64,000 nucleotides of DNA from Lachnospiraceae bacterium (lineage in GTDB: Bacteria; Bacillota; Clostridia; Lachnospirales; Lachnospiraceae), in the NCBI GenBank assembly GCA_015057825.1, contig SVDN01000002.1:16044-80043 (forward strand). The letters run 5' to 3'. Under the pieces are notes generated by a model that was not told the origin of the DNA, searched no databases, and worked only from the letters and a program-made list of their open reading frames with translations. Positions 54,154 through 63,504 of the stretch are shown here, in pieces. The stretch's first letter is position 1. The number at the start of each line of letters is the position of its first letter. A program made the position numbers and the translations under genes.

Positions 54154-54260
54154 CAGATTTAGAAAGATTTGCGAAAAACCTGGGAGTTGATTTTACGGAG
54201 TGCGACTTGGATGAAGAGCCTGCAGAGGTTTTGGAGTATATTCCGGGCGGTGAAAACGAA
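54150..54260 (+). CDS. Possible 36-aa acidic peptide
   Basis: Overlapping start/stop with both neighbours (ATGA junctions). Confidence 0.25.
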
Positions 54261-54499
54261 TGAAAAATGAATATGAATTTATTTTAGAATCCGGAGAAAA
54301 GGTTGTTTTAACTCTTAAGGATATGGAAGAAATTTCGGAAAAATATAAAATCTGCAATATTGCGGAGTGGCTTAAAACATACAAAGATATTAATTCTCCA
54401 AAGAAAGCAATGGAAATTGCAGAAAAAATGAAGTCAATAATCAATAAATACAAAGTAACTCGTCAAATGGCTTATGAAGCAGCCAAGGCGATTAAATAG
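54260..54499 (+). CDS. Hypothetical protein (79 aa)
   Basis: Translationally coupled ORF. No motif. Confidence 0.4.
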   Translation: MKNEYEFILESGEKVVLTLKDMEEISEKYKICNIAEWLKTYKDINSPKKAMEIAEKMKSIINKYKVTRQMAYEAAKAIK

Positions 54500-54509
54500 G
54501 GGTGATATC

Positions 54510-55481
54510 ATGGCAAAACTTACAAAGACAAGGGAAGAAATTCTGAAATCCTTTAAAAATCTTCTATCGAATGATAACGCTGATCTAAAATGGCAACAGA
54601 CTTTTCGAGGGACAGGTCTTCCTTATAATGCTGTTACCGGAAAATCTTATAGGGGTACAAATCGAATCGTATTAAATATGCGTTGTTTTTTCAGGGGATG
54701 GAGCGACAATCGCTTTGTGACTTTTAACCAGGCAAAAAAAGCGGGATGGAAAATAAAAGCAGAATCTAAAGCAACACCGATAGAGTTTTGGCAGTGGTAT
54801 GACATAAAAGAAAAGAAATACTTGGATTACGAAGTTGTTCACCGCCTTATAAAAGAAGGAAGGGAAGAAAAAGATTTTAGATTATACGGAAATACATATT
54901 ATGTTTTTAATGCGTCACAGGTGGAAGGAATTCCAGAATTAAAGGTTGAAAATGAATTAGACGTTCCGGTAAATGAAGTCATTGACAAGCTTTCATTAAA
55001 TATGCACGTGCCTATTATCTATGATGAAAGAGGGCGTTGTTACTATAGCCCCCAAAAAGATGAAATACATTCGCCAAAAGTAGGCGACTTTATCGGTGAA
55101 CATGAGCTTAATTCAACACTTTTACATGAGCTTGCACATTCAACCGGACACCCAAGCCGCTTGAATAGAGATATTGTAAATGCGTTTGGAACAGCATCAT
55201 ATGCAAAAGAAGAGCTGCGTGCAGAGATTGCATCAGCAATTTTATCTTCTTATTTGCCAATGGAGTTTTCCGAAAAACATATGCAAAATCACAGCGCCTA
55301 TGTGTATAGTTGGATGCAGGCAATCGACAAAGATCCAAATGAGCTTTTTAGGGCTATTAATGATGCGGAAAGTATTTCAGATTATATGCTTGAAAAAGCA
55401 GAAATAAAAGAGCTTAAATTTGAAATTGCAGAAGTTAAAGAAACTACAAACACATTTAAGCCGAAGAAAAAAGCGATGTGA
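54510..55481 (+). CDS. ardC: ArdC-like antirestriction protein (ssDNA-binding N-domain + zincin metalloprotease)
   Basis: SYRGTNRIVL and FNQAKKAGWKIK (DUF1738-type N-domain). HELAHSTGH zinc motif. Confidence 0.8.
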   Translation: MAKLTKTREEILKSFKNLLSNDNADLKWQQTFRGTGLPYNAVTGKSYRGTNRIVLNMRCFFRGWSDNRFVTFNQAKKAGWKIKAESKATPIEFWQWYDIKEKKYLDYEVVHRLIKEGREEKDFRLYGNTYYVFNASQVEGIPELKVENELDVPVNEVIDKLSLNMHVPIIYDERGRCYYSPQKDEIHSPKVGDFIGEHELNSTLLHELAHSTGHPSRLNRDIVNAFGTASYAKEELRAEIASAILSSYLPMEFSEKHMQNHSAYVYSWMQAIDKDPNELFRAINDAESISDYMLEKAEIKELKFEIAEVKETTNTFKPKKKAM

Positions 55482-55494
55482 GGAAGTGATATAT

Positions 55495-56283
55495 ATGAAC
55501 AATGAAACGCGACTTAAGATTAAAAAAGCGATTGAAAATTATTATAATGTTGTTAATTACGATCAATCTTTTTTTAGCGGAGTATGTAAGATAAACACGG
55601 TTGATATTAAGAACATAGAAGAAAAGAATGACAGCTATGTTGTTGATGTTAAACATACTGTTGGACAGATTACTTATGATGCCAGGGGAATCGACATTGG
55701 TGGACCAAATGACTATAAAGAAACTATGGATTCCTATATCAAGCTTGATAAACAGTCTTTAGATATAATTGAAGATTACGAAAAATATGCTATAGAAATG
55801 GCCAAATGGAGACAAGAAAAATTTAAATATGATTTAGAGTATTCGTTAAACGAAAAGATAACACAATCTCCTTTTGATGATTTTACTGGCTGGTTGATTG
55901 TTTCTCCGGGAACATATCCTAGAGTGTGTAAAGATGATATAAATTTCGACAAAATAGAAGAAATACTAGAAGGTAATATTGAAGTTAGACGGTTTTTAAA
56001 GAATGATCCAGGAGTTGTTTTTTTGATGAATGCGGATAGGGAAGAAAAGGATTTTCTTAAAAATCGCGCGATAATTGATGATGATAACAACGTAAAAGAA
56101 GTTATTAAGGGAACCTTTATTATTGCATCAGCCGGAGAAGACGGCATTATTCATCCTCTAAGTAAAGAAAAATGTGAGGAATACAAAACAATGTTTTATT
56201 TCCCGGAAAGATTTTTTAAAGATGAAAAGCACAACATCATTGTTGATCCGTATAAGCCGGCATCAAACAAAAAAAGATTGTAG
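55495..56283 (+). CDS. Hypothetical protein (262 aa)
   Basis: ATG after GAGGAAGTGA. No motif recognised. Confidence 0.45.
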   Translation: MNNETRLKIKKAIENYYNVVNYDQSFFSGVCKINTVDIKNIEEKNDSYVVDVKHTVGQITYDARGIDIGGPNDYKETMDSYIKLDKQSLDIIEDYEKYAIEMAKWRQEKFKYDLEYSLNEKITQSPFDDFTGWLIVSPGTYPRVCKDDINFDKIEEILEGNIEVRRFLKNDPGVVFLMNADREEKDFLKNRAIIDDDNNVKEVIKGTFIIASAGEDGIIHPLSKEKCEEYKTMFYFPERFFKDEKHNIIVDPYKPASNKKRL

Positions 56284-56294
56284 GGGGATATTGA

Positions 56295-57044
56295 ATGGGT
56301 AAAAGATTATTTGTTGATATGGACGGCACGCTCGCAGAGTTTAAGCCTACTTCAAAATTGGAAGATCTTTATGAGAAAGGTTATTTTTTAAACCTGCAGC
56401 CATTGCCAAATGTGATTGATACAATCAAAAAAATCAAAGAAGAAAATCCGGATATTGAAGTATTTATTTTAAGCGCGGTTCTTACGGACAGTAAATATGC
56501 GCTGCAGGAAAAAAACGAATGGCTGGATAAGTATATACCGGAGATCGATGATGAGCATAGAATCTTTCCGCCCTGTGGAGAGGATAAAAGCAAATATATT
56601 GAAGGTGGCGTAACGATGGACGATTATCTTTTAGATGACTACACGTTTAACCTTAATAGCTGGGATCCACCGGGACATGGCATTAAGTTATTAAACGGTA
56701 TTAATTTTACTAAGAAGACTTGGGCTAAAAGCAGGGTGGACTTTGAAAGCGATAAACTAAAAGACAGTATTGTTTCTATTATCCGGGATGATGTTGTTAT
56801 TGTTGACATGGTTGAAAACATAGCCGAAAAACCTTCATTAAAAGAAGTTGTTTTCAGAGCAGAAAAAAGAGCGCAGCAAGAGTTTGCTCATGCGAAAGCT
56901 GTATATGATGGAAGTCAGGAATCAGATCTTAGACTCATGAGATATCAATATGTAGCTAACGCACTTAATGATATAGTCGTAAGCAGCCATTTAACAAATG
57001 AATATAACAGTTGGAAAAAGCAACAAAAAGCCAAAAGGAAGTAA
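56295..57044 (+). CDS. HAD-superfamily 5'(3')-deoxyribonucleotidase-like protein (NT5C type)
   Basis: N-terminal LFVDMDGTLAEF (DxDxT) and overall NT5C-like length. Confidence 0.6.
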   Translation: MGKRLFVDMDGTLAEFKPTSKLEDLYEKGYFLNLQPLPNVIDTIKKIKEENPDIEVFILSAVLTDSKYALQEKNEWLDKYIPEIDDEHRIFPPCGEDKSKYIEGGVTMDDYLLDDYTFNLNSWDPPGHGIKLLNGINFTKKTWAKSRVDFESDKLKDSIVSIIRDDVVIVDMVENIAEKPSLKEVVFRAEKRAQQEFAHAKAVYDGSQESDLRLMRYQYVANALNDIVVSSHLTNEYNSWKKQQKAKRK

Positions 57045-57050
57045 AAATAG

Positions 57051-57083
57051 AGAAACCCAGGCACTCGCAATGCCTGGGTTTCT
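57051..57083 (+). terminator. Terminator-like hairpin at the ICE right end
   Basis: AGAAACCCAGGCA...TGCCTGGGTTTCT, 13-bp stem. Confidence 0.6.
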
Positions 57084-57246
57084 TGTTGCTGTTAACATCT
57101 TATGTTATTATTTCTTTTGCCTAACCACATTATAACAAACAAAATTAATTTATCAAATATAGAATTTGATATAACATGTGAAAAAGTTTTTGGCCAAATA
57201 GCGGTTTTAAAAAGCAACGATTTTATCACGTTTTCAGCCACTGTTT

Positions 57247-57309
57247 TTGACGAATTTTTTGACGAGTATTTGACGAATTTTGAAGATAAATTCGTTTGAA
57301 TTTCGTCAA
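57247..57309. repeat. Cluster of TTGACGA(A/G)T repeats (candidate arm-type sites), right end
   Basis: ttgacgaat 57247, ttgacgagt 57259, ttgacgaat 57270 (direct), and inverted ttcgtcaa at 57302-57309. Confidence 0.5.
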
Positions 57310-57411
57310 ATTACGAACATTAGTTTCTGATACTTTCGGATACTTTCCAATACTTTTTGATAATAAAATATCCACTGTTTATGCGGCTTTGAGACCTGTA
57401 CAACAGTGGAT

Positions 57412-57463
57412 ATAAAAAATGCGCCTCCAGGGGCTCGAACCCTGCACACCCTGATTAAGAGTC
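57412..57463. repeat. attR: att direct repeat (right), overlapping the intact tRNA-Lys 3' part
   Basis: Identical 52-mer to 13002..13053. Confidence 0.85.
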
Positions 57464-57492
57464 AGGTGCTCTACCAAATGAGCTAGAGGCGC
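57420..57492 (-). tRNA. tRNA-Lys (anticodon CTT)
   Basis: Reverse complement folds as GCGCCTC-TA-GCTC..GAGC-A-CCTGA-CTCTTAA-TCAGG-GTGTG-CAGGG-TTCGAGC-CCCTG-GAGGCGC-A. 73 nt. Confidence 0.9.
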
Positions 57493-57635
57493 AAATCAAA
57501 TTAGCAAATGTTATTATATGATAAAGGGTCAAATAATGCAAGCACTTTTTTAGATTTTATGATATATTAATATTGTTAGACTTAATCTTAAAAATAATTC
57601 GGCAAAGGGCCGATTTTTATATTTCGGAGGAGAAA

Positions 57636-58871
57636 ATGTTTAAAAACAAATTGGATAAAAATCCAAAGTATTTTACGGTATGTTTTTATACCGTTATTAC
57701 GGTAATTATATGTGCGGTATTTTTGAAAATCCTATTTAACTGGGGCTCATTCAAATCCGGTGTATCGGCCGTTATTTCGGTTTTGGCTCCATTCTTGATA
57801 GGTATTTTTATTGCATACTTGTTTTATCCTCTGGTTATGCTCTTTAAAAAGAAAGTTTTTATGAGGGTTTTTCATGAAAAAGTTTCGTTGACATTGGGCA
57901 TTATAGTTACTTATGTGTTAATACTCGGTCTTTTGGCAATAATTATTGCATACATTATTCCGCAAATCGGTTCTTCTCTTATGGATTTGTACGGAAAGGT
58001 AACGTCGAATTACGACAGAGTGCCCGAGTTTTTTGATTGGTTGGGCGAGCAGTTCCCTAAGGTTGACTTTACGGGAATCAAAACCTGGATACAGGAAAAC
58101 ATCCCGACTCTTGTTGATAATTTAAGCAATTACATAACCGGCAGTATTTCGGACATTTTATCCGCATCCGTTACGGTTATTAAATGGATATTAAATGTAA
58201 TTATTGCGGTTATAGTATCTATATACTTTATTGTGGATAAAGACAGACTTCTTCGCGGATTCAGAAGACTTGTGTTTGCCATTCTCAAAAAAGAGCGCGG
58301 ATCAAAATTCATGAGCGTGGGCAAAAATTGTAACACAATATTCGGTAACTTTTTGTACGGAAAGATTATCGATTCCATAATAATCGGAATAATTTGCTTC
58401 TTTGCAATGTGGATTTTGGGTCTTCCTTTCTGCTTGCTTGTCAGTGTAATAGTGGGAATAACCAATATTATTCCGTATTTCGGACCTTTTATCGGTGCAA
58501 TACCCGGTGCGATTATTATACTTATGGTAGGTTGGCAGGAAATGCTTATATTTATCATATTGATTCTTTGTATTCAGCTTTTTGACGGCTATATTTTGGG
58601 ACCTAAGATTTTGGGTGACGGAACGGGTCTTCGTCCTCTTTGGGTAATTTTCGGTATTGTGGTCGGAGGCTATATTGCGGGGCCTATCGGTATGTTTCTT
58701 GGTGTACCTACGGTTGCGGTTATTGCATATCTTGTAAACTTAAAGACGGAAGAGTCCTTAAGGAAACAAGAAATCGAAAGTCTTACCAACGATAAAGACA
58801 GTCATAAGGTTGATAAATTCAACGTTAAGGATATGTTTAGAAAAAAGAATACAAAAAAAGAAGATAAATAG
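57636..58871 (+). CDS. AI-2E family transporter (PerM/UPF0118)
   Basis: Polytopic. Hallmark ITNIIPYFGPFIGAIPG. ATG 57636 after GGAGGAG (the tracked TTG 57573 is less likely). Confidence 0.75.
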   Translation: MFKNKLDKNPKYFTVCFYTVITVIICAVFLKILFNWGSFKSGVSAVISVLAPFLIGIFIAYLFYPLVMLFKKKVFMRVFHEKVSLTLGIIVTYVLILGLLAIIIAYIIPQIGSSLMDLYGKVTSNYDRVPEFFDWLGEQFPKVDFTGIKTWIQENIPTLVDNLSNYITGSISDILSASVTVIKWILNVIIAVIVSIYFIVDKDRLLRGFRRLVFAILKKERGSKFMSVGKNCNTIFGNFLYGKIIDSIIIGIICFFAMWILGLPFCLLVSVIVGITNIIPYFGPFIGAIPGAIIILMVGWQEMLIFIILILCIQLFDGYILGPKILGDGTGLRPLWVIFGIVVGGYIAGPIGMFLGVPTVAVIAYLVNLKTEESLRKQEIESLTNDKDSHKVDKFNVKDMFRKKNTKKEDK

Positions 58872-58879
58872 GATAAAGT

Positions 58880-59518
58880 ATGAGACTCAGAAATATAAAG
58901 GGCTCAAGGGAAATGATTGCCGACAGCCCTTACACAATAGATAATCCGGCGCAGTACAAAGGAAAATGGCATGAGTTTTTTGGAAACGATGCGCCAATCA
59001 GGATTGAAGTGGGAATGGGAAAAGGCAAGTTTATTTCAACACTTGCCATGCAAAATCCCGATATAAATTATATAGGAATCGAGAAATATTCCAGTGTTTT
59101 AATCAGAGCAATCGATAAAAGAATAGAAAACAACATCGAAAATCTTTACTTTTTGCGTTTCGATGCCGTAGATATATTGGATATATTTGACGTGGGAGAA
59201 ATAGATAGGATTTATCTTAATTTTTCGGATCCATGGCCAAAAGACAGACATGCCAAAAGAAGACTTACATCGAAGCAATACTTAAAAAAATACGATGTTA
59301 TATTAAAGAAAGACGGCATTGTGGAGTTCAAAACAGACAATGACGACCTTTTTTCTTTTTCTTTGGAAGAAGTGCCTCTTGCCGGTTGGGAGATAGTGGC
59401 TCAAACTTTTGATTTACACAAGACACCGGAGATGATGGAAGGAAACGTTATGACGGAGTACGAGGAAAAGTTCTCCGCCCTGGGAAATCCTATTCACAAA
59501 ATGATTATCAGAAGATAA
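58880..59518 (+). CDS. trmB: tRNA (guanine46-N7)-methyltransferase
   Basis: IEVGMGKGKFI SAM motif and NFSDPWPK. 212 aa. Confidence 0.9.
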   Translation: MRLRNIKGSREMIADSPYTIDNPAQYKGKWHEFFGNDAPIRIEVGMGKGKFISTLAMQNPDINYIGIEKYSSVLIRAIDKRIENNIENLYFLRFDAVDILDIFDVGEIDRIYLNFSDPWPKDRHAKRRLTSKQYLKKYDVILKKDGIVEFKTDNDDLFSFSLEEVPLAGWEIVAQTFDLHKTPEMMEGNVMTEYEEKFSALGNPIHKMIIRR

Positions 59519-59537
59519 TTCGATACGGAGAAATGAG

Positions 59538-60893
59538 ATGAAAAAACTAACGGCATTCTTGCTTTTATGTTTGATAGTATTTGCATCGGTTTTTGTTCCC
59601 GCAAAAGAAACAAAGGCGGAAGGCGCATGGCCTGAATGCGCTGATATTGTAGCGGAAGCGGGGATTTTGATTGATGCGGATTCAGGTGCGATTTTGTATG
59701 ATAAAAATGCGAACCAAAAAATGTATCCGGCCAGCATAACAAAGATAATTACGGCAATGGTGGCAATTGAAAAATGTTCTTTGGACGAAACCGTTACCTT
59801 TTCCGAGAAAGCGGTAACTTTGGAGCCGGGAGATGCAACATTGGGATTTGTTGCGGGAGAGCAAATTAGTTTAAGAGACTGTCTTTACGGCTTACTTTTA
59901 TATTCGGCCAATGAGTGTGCCAATGCCATTGCGGAGCATGTAGCCGGAAGTTACGATGAGTTTGCAAAGCTCATGAATGCCTACGCAAAAGAATGCGGGG
60001 CAATCAATACAAATTTTACAAATCCTTCGGGTTTGTTTGATGCCAACCATTATACAACTTGTTATGATATGGCGCAGATGTCAAATCATGCCCTTAAAAA
60101 TTCCACATATATCTCTATAGACGGCACTACAAGCTATACAATCGGAGCAACGAATAAGTCGTCAACGCCAAGGGAGATTTATCATCGTCATAAAATGCTT
60201 TTTTCAACAAATGAAGTATACTACGAGGGAGCAATCGGCGGAAAAACGGGCTATTTGGATGAAGCGGGCAGAACCCTCGTAACATTTGCAAGTAAAGAGG
60301 GAAAAACCTTAATAAGCGTGGTAATGAAATCCACAACGGAAGCAGTTTATTCAGACACGGCAACACTTTTGGATTACGGATTTAATAATTTCCATTCAAT
60401 AAAAGTAGCCGACAACGAAACCAAATTTTCCACGGAAGCTTCCGTCTTTGCGGGAAGCTTTGATTTGGCAAGGATAGATACCTCATCACTTGTTACGATT
60501 CCTTCAAGCATTGCATTTTCGGATTTAACCCTGGAATACAATATGGTGGAGGATGAGGATTATTTTGCCTTGTTAAAATATTATTACGGCTCCCATTATG
60601 TTGGAAGCGCAAAGCTTTCCATTGCAAAGTCTACCACAGAGTCGCCTTATGCACCGGCTCTTCCGATTGAAGAAAGCAGCATAGCGCTTCAACTTGAAGA
60701 CAATATATTCATAAATGTTAAGATTTTTGTTTTGATAATTGCCATTATTGTAGCCGTAATTGTTGCAATCTCGGTACTGAGGCGATTTGATATCGAATAT
60801 CATTTTATTGATTTCGACACTACAAGACTTAAGAAAAAAGTGAACAGATTTAAAGAAAGAAAATACAGAAACAGAAGTCGAAAAAGATTTTAA
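59538..60893 (+). CDS. D-alanyl-D-alanine carboxypeptidase (PBP5/6 class) with C-terminal TM
   Basis: Signal peptide. SxxK (PASITKIITA), SxN (YSANE), KTG (GGKTGY). Confidence 0.85.
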   Translation: MKKLTAFLLLCLIVFASVFVPAKETKAEGAWPECADIVAEAGILIDADSGAILYDKNANQKMYPASITKIITAMVAIEKCSLDETVTFSEKAVTLEPGDATLGFVAGEQISLRDCLYGLLLYSANECANAIAEHVAGSYDEFAKLMNAYAKECGAINTNFTNPSGLFDANHYTTCYDMAQMSNHALKNSTYISIDGTTSYTIGATNKSSTPREIYHRHKMLFSTNEVYYEGAIGGKTGYLDEAGRTLVTFASKEGKTLISVVMKSTTEAVYSDTATLLDYGFNNFHSIKVADNETKFSTEASVFAGSFDLARIDTSSLVTIPSSIAFSDLTLEYNMVEDEDYFALLKYYYGSHYVGSAKLSIAKSTTESPYAPALPIEESSIALQLEDNIFINVKIFVLIIAIIVAVIVAISVLRRFDIEYHFIDFDTTRLKKKVNRFKERKYRNRSRKRF

Positions 60894-60908
60894 AACAGAG
60901 CAGGGGAA

Positions 60909-61871
60909 TTAAGCCTCTGCTCTGTAATTTTTTGGAGAAGTCCCATATATTTCTTTGAAACTGTTATAAAAATAACTGCTGTTATTGTAGCCGATTTTCT
61001 CCATTATCTCGTCAATGGATAGGCTGCTGTCTTTTAAATAATAGCTTGCTTGTTGAAATTTTCTTGTTTTCAACAAATCCTTAAAATTTTTACCGGTGTA
61101 TTTTTTCAAAATACGGCTTAGCTGATATGTGGGCATTTTAAGCTTATTTGCGATTTCTTCCAATTGACCGTCTTTGTAATTGGTATCAATATATTGAAGA
61201 ACACTGAATATGATGTGTTGATCGAACTGGGCAGGATCGTCTTTTTTTAATGTCTCCGAATATTTGGAAAGATTCATAAACAAAAGGCCCATGGTGGTTT
61301 GGATGGTTGTGTTGATATTTGGGGTTTTGTTAAGAATCATCCAAATCATGTTTTCAATCAAATTACTGATGGGAAGAATGCCTTTCGTTTCAAAAAGAAG
61401 ATAACTTAAGCCCTCTGCCTTATCGGCGATTGAAGCAATCAAAAAATCGCGAAGAACGTTATCGTTTTCAAGCATTGCAATGGATTTGGTAAAAAACTCC
61501 GGCAGTATAATAAAGTTTACCGCAATATCATCCTTAGCGGAGGGAAGGATTTCATGTGAAACATTCTGGCTCAAAAACAAAATATCTCCCTCTTTTAGGG
61601 TAAGATTTATGTTGCCGTTTATAATATGCTTTGTTTTACCGCTGCACATATAAATCATTTCCATATAGTTATGACTGTGGCTTGGAAAGTGCACAAATCG
61701 GGTGTGGGGGCGAAACTGAATAAACTGTCCCTTTTCCAAAAGCTTTTTACTGTCAACGACAAAATCCTTTTCGTTTGTATAAAGACTTTGAGAAACGGAA
61801 GCTTTTCCCTTTAAATATTGTTCTTCTTCTTTTGTAATAGGTTTTAATTTGTCTAAAACTTCTTTGTTCAT
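60909..61871 (-). CDS. AraC-family regulator (cupin + HTH), likely rhamnose regulator
   Basis: N-terminal cupin region, C-terminal AraC HTH (IGYNNSSYFYNSFKEIYGTSPKNYR). Divergent from rhaB. ATG 61871 after GGGGA. Confidence 0.8.
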   Translation of the reverse strand: MNKEVLDKLKPITKEEEQYLKGKASVSQSLYTNEKDFVVDSKKLLEKGQFIQFRPHTRFVHFPSHSHNYMEMIYMCSGKTKHIINGNINLTLKEGDILFLSQNVSHEILPSAKDDIAVNFIILPEFFTKSIAMLENDNVLRDFLIASIADKAEGLSYLLFETKGILPISNLIENMIWMILNKTPNINTTIQTTMGLLFMNLSKYSETLKKDDPAQFDQHIIFSVLQYIDTNYKDGQLEEIANKLKMPTYQLSRILKKYTGKNFKDLLKTRKFQQASYYLKDSSLSIDEIMEKIGYNNSSYFYNSFKEIYGTSPKNYRAEA

Positions 61872-62075
61872 TTTAGTCCCCAATTAATTAATAAATGATT
61901 TTTGCTAATGACAAAACGGGTTAATACTAACTAAAATAATAATAAAACAAAAAACGAATAATTGCAAATAAGGTCCCTAAATTTTGCATATAAAGACCTT
62001 AAATGTCATATAAAAAAGGTTTATCTTTAGTCTAAGGAAAACATCGGACATATTACCACAAAGAAAGGCAAGCAT

Positions 62076-63482
62076 ATGAAAGACTATTATTTGGCCGTAG
62101 ATATCGGCGCATCCAGCGGCAGGCATATCATAGCGGAAGTTGATAACGGAATAATAAAAACAGAAGAAATATATCGTTTTGATAACCGTATGGATGTTGA
62201 AGGTGATGTAAAAACCTGGGATTACAAGTATCTTTTCAGAGAAATATTAAACGGATTGAAAAAATGCAAAGAAAAAGCTTGCGAACCTAAAATGATGGCT
62301 ATTGATACTTGGGGCGTTGACTATGTGCTTTTGGACGAGGCGGACCAAGTAATCGGAAAAAGCTATGCTTACAGAGACTTACGTACAAAGGGCATGGATA
62401 AAAAGCTTTATGAGACAATAAGCGAAAAAGACTTATATGCTCGCACGGGAATTCAAAAGCAGATATTCAACACAATATATCAGTTAATGGCAGATAAAGA
62501 AAAAGAGCCGGAAAGACTAACAAAAGCAAAAAGATTTTTAATGGCGCCGGAATATCTTACATTTTTACTTACGGGTGAAAAGATAAACGAATATACAAAT
62601 GCCACAACCACGCAGCTTGTAAATCCACAAACTTTTGATTGGGATTACGAGCTTATGGAATTGATCGGAATACCGACTGAAATCTTTAAAAAACCGGCAG
62701 AGCCCGGAACCGTTGTGGGAGGCTTTACAAAAACCGTAAAAGAAATAGTGGGATTTGACTGTCTTGTGGTTCTTCCGGCCAGTCATGACACGGCCTCGGC
62801 GGTTGTTGCGGTTCCCAGCATGAGAGAGCATCCGCTTTATATCAGTTCGGGAACATGGTCTTTAATGGGCAGTGAAATAAAAAAAGCGACATTGTCGGAC
62901 AAAGCAAGACTAAAAAATTTTACAAACGAAGGCGGATATGAGCACAGATTCAGATTCTTAAAAAATATAATGGGCCTTTGGATGATACAGCAGTTAAGGC
63001 ACGACTATAATGATGAATTCAGTTTTGCCGAGCTTTGTGAAATGGCGGAAGAAAACAAGGACTTCGAAACAAGAGTCGACGTAAACGACGAAAGCTTTTT
63101 AAGTCCCGCATCAATGGAAAAAGCATTGTTTGATTATTGTGAAAAGCATAATCTTAAAAAACCCGAAACTAAAGGGCAAATGGCGGCAATGGTTTATCAA
63201 AGCCTGGCAAAGTGTTATGGAGAGACGGTAAAAGAAATCGAAGCCGTATCGGAAGTGTTAATCGGAGAAATCAATGTTGTGGGCGGCGGTTCAAAAGCAG
63301 AGTATTTAAATAAGCTGACCGCAAACTACACAAAGAAAAAAGTTGTGGCCGGACCGGGTGAAGCCACCGCAATAGGCAATATAGGCGTGCAAATGATAGC
63401 CGACAAGAAGTTTGAGGATATATACGAATTAAGAAAAGCTATCGCAAAATCCTTTGAAATAAAGGAATATTTACCGGAATAA
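62076..63482 (+). CDS. rhaB: Rhamnulokinase
   Basis: FGGY kinase N-terminus YLAVDIGASSGRHI. 468 aa. Followed by rhaA. Confidence 0.85.
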   Translation: MKDYYLAVDIGASSGRHIIAEVDNGIIKTEEIYRFDNRMDVEGDVKTWDYKYLFREILNGLKKCKEKACEPKMMAIDTWGVDYVLLDEADQVIGKSYAYRDLRTKGMDKKLYETISEKDLYARTGIQKQIFNTIYQLMADKEKEPERLTKAKRFLMAPEYLTFLLTGEKINEYTNATTTQLVNPQTFDWDYELMELIGIPTEIFKKPAEPGTVVGGFTKTVKEIVGFDCLVVLPASHDTASAVVAVPSMREHPLYISSGTWSLMGSEIKKATLSDKARLKNFTNEGGYEHRFRFLKNIMGLWMIQQLRHDYNDEFSFAELCEMAEENKDFETRVDVNDESFLSPASMEKALFDYCEKHNLKKPETKGQMAAMVYQSLAKCYGETVKEIEAVSEVLIGEINVVGGGSKAEYLNKLTANYTKKKVVAGPGEATAIGNIGVQMIADKKFEDIYELRKAIAKSFEIKEYLPE

Positions 63483-63504
63483 AAAAGAAAGAAGAGGAAT
63501 AATA

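Larger units (their letters stand above)
13002..57463. mobile_element. Integrative conjugative element (~44.5 kb) in the 3' end of tRNA-Lys(CTT)
   Basis: 52-bp perfect direct repeats at both ends. Integrase at the left end. Relaxase, MobC, VirD4, VirB4 and cell-wall hydrolase inside. Housekeeping genes on both flanks. Confidence 0.85.

Noticed and set aside
57102-57299. 65-aa ORF at the ICE right end
   Set aside because: No RBS. Its sequence is dominated by the TTGACGA repeats (FDEFFDEYLTNFEDKF). More likely recombinase arm-site DNA.
13002-57463. Prophage interpretation (integrase, CI-like repressor, Xis, tail-collar-like genes, cell-wall hydrolase, holin-like peptide)
   Set aside because: No terminase, portal, capsid or tail tube/tape-measure genes are present. 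Relaxase, MobC, VirD4, VirB4, PrgI and VirB6-like genes identify a conjugative element instead.
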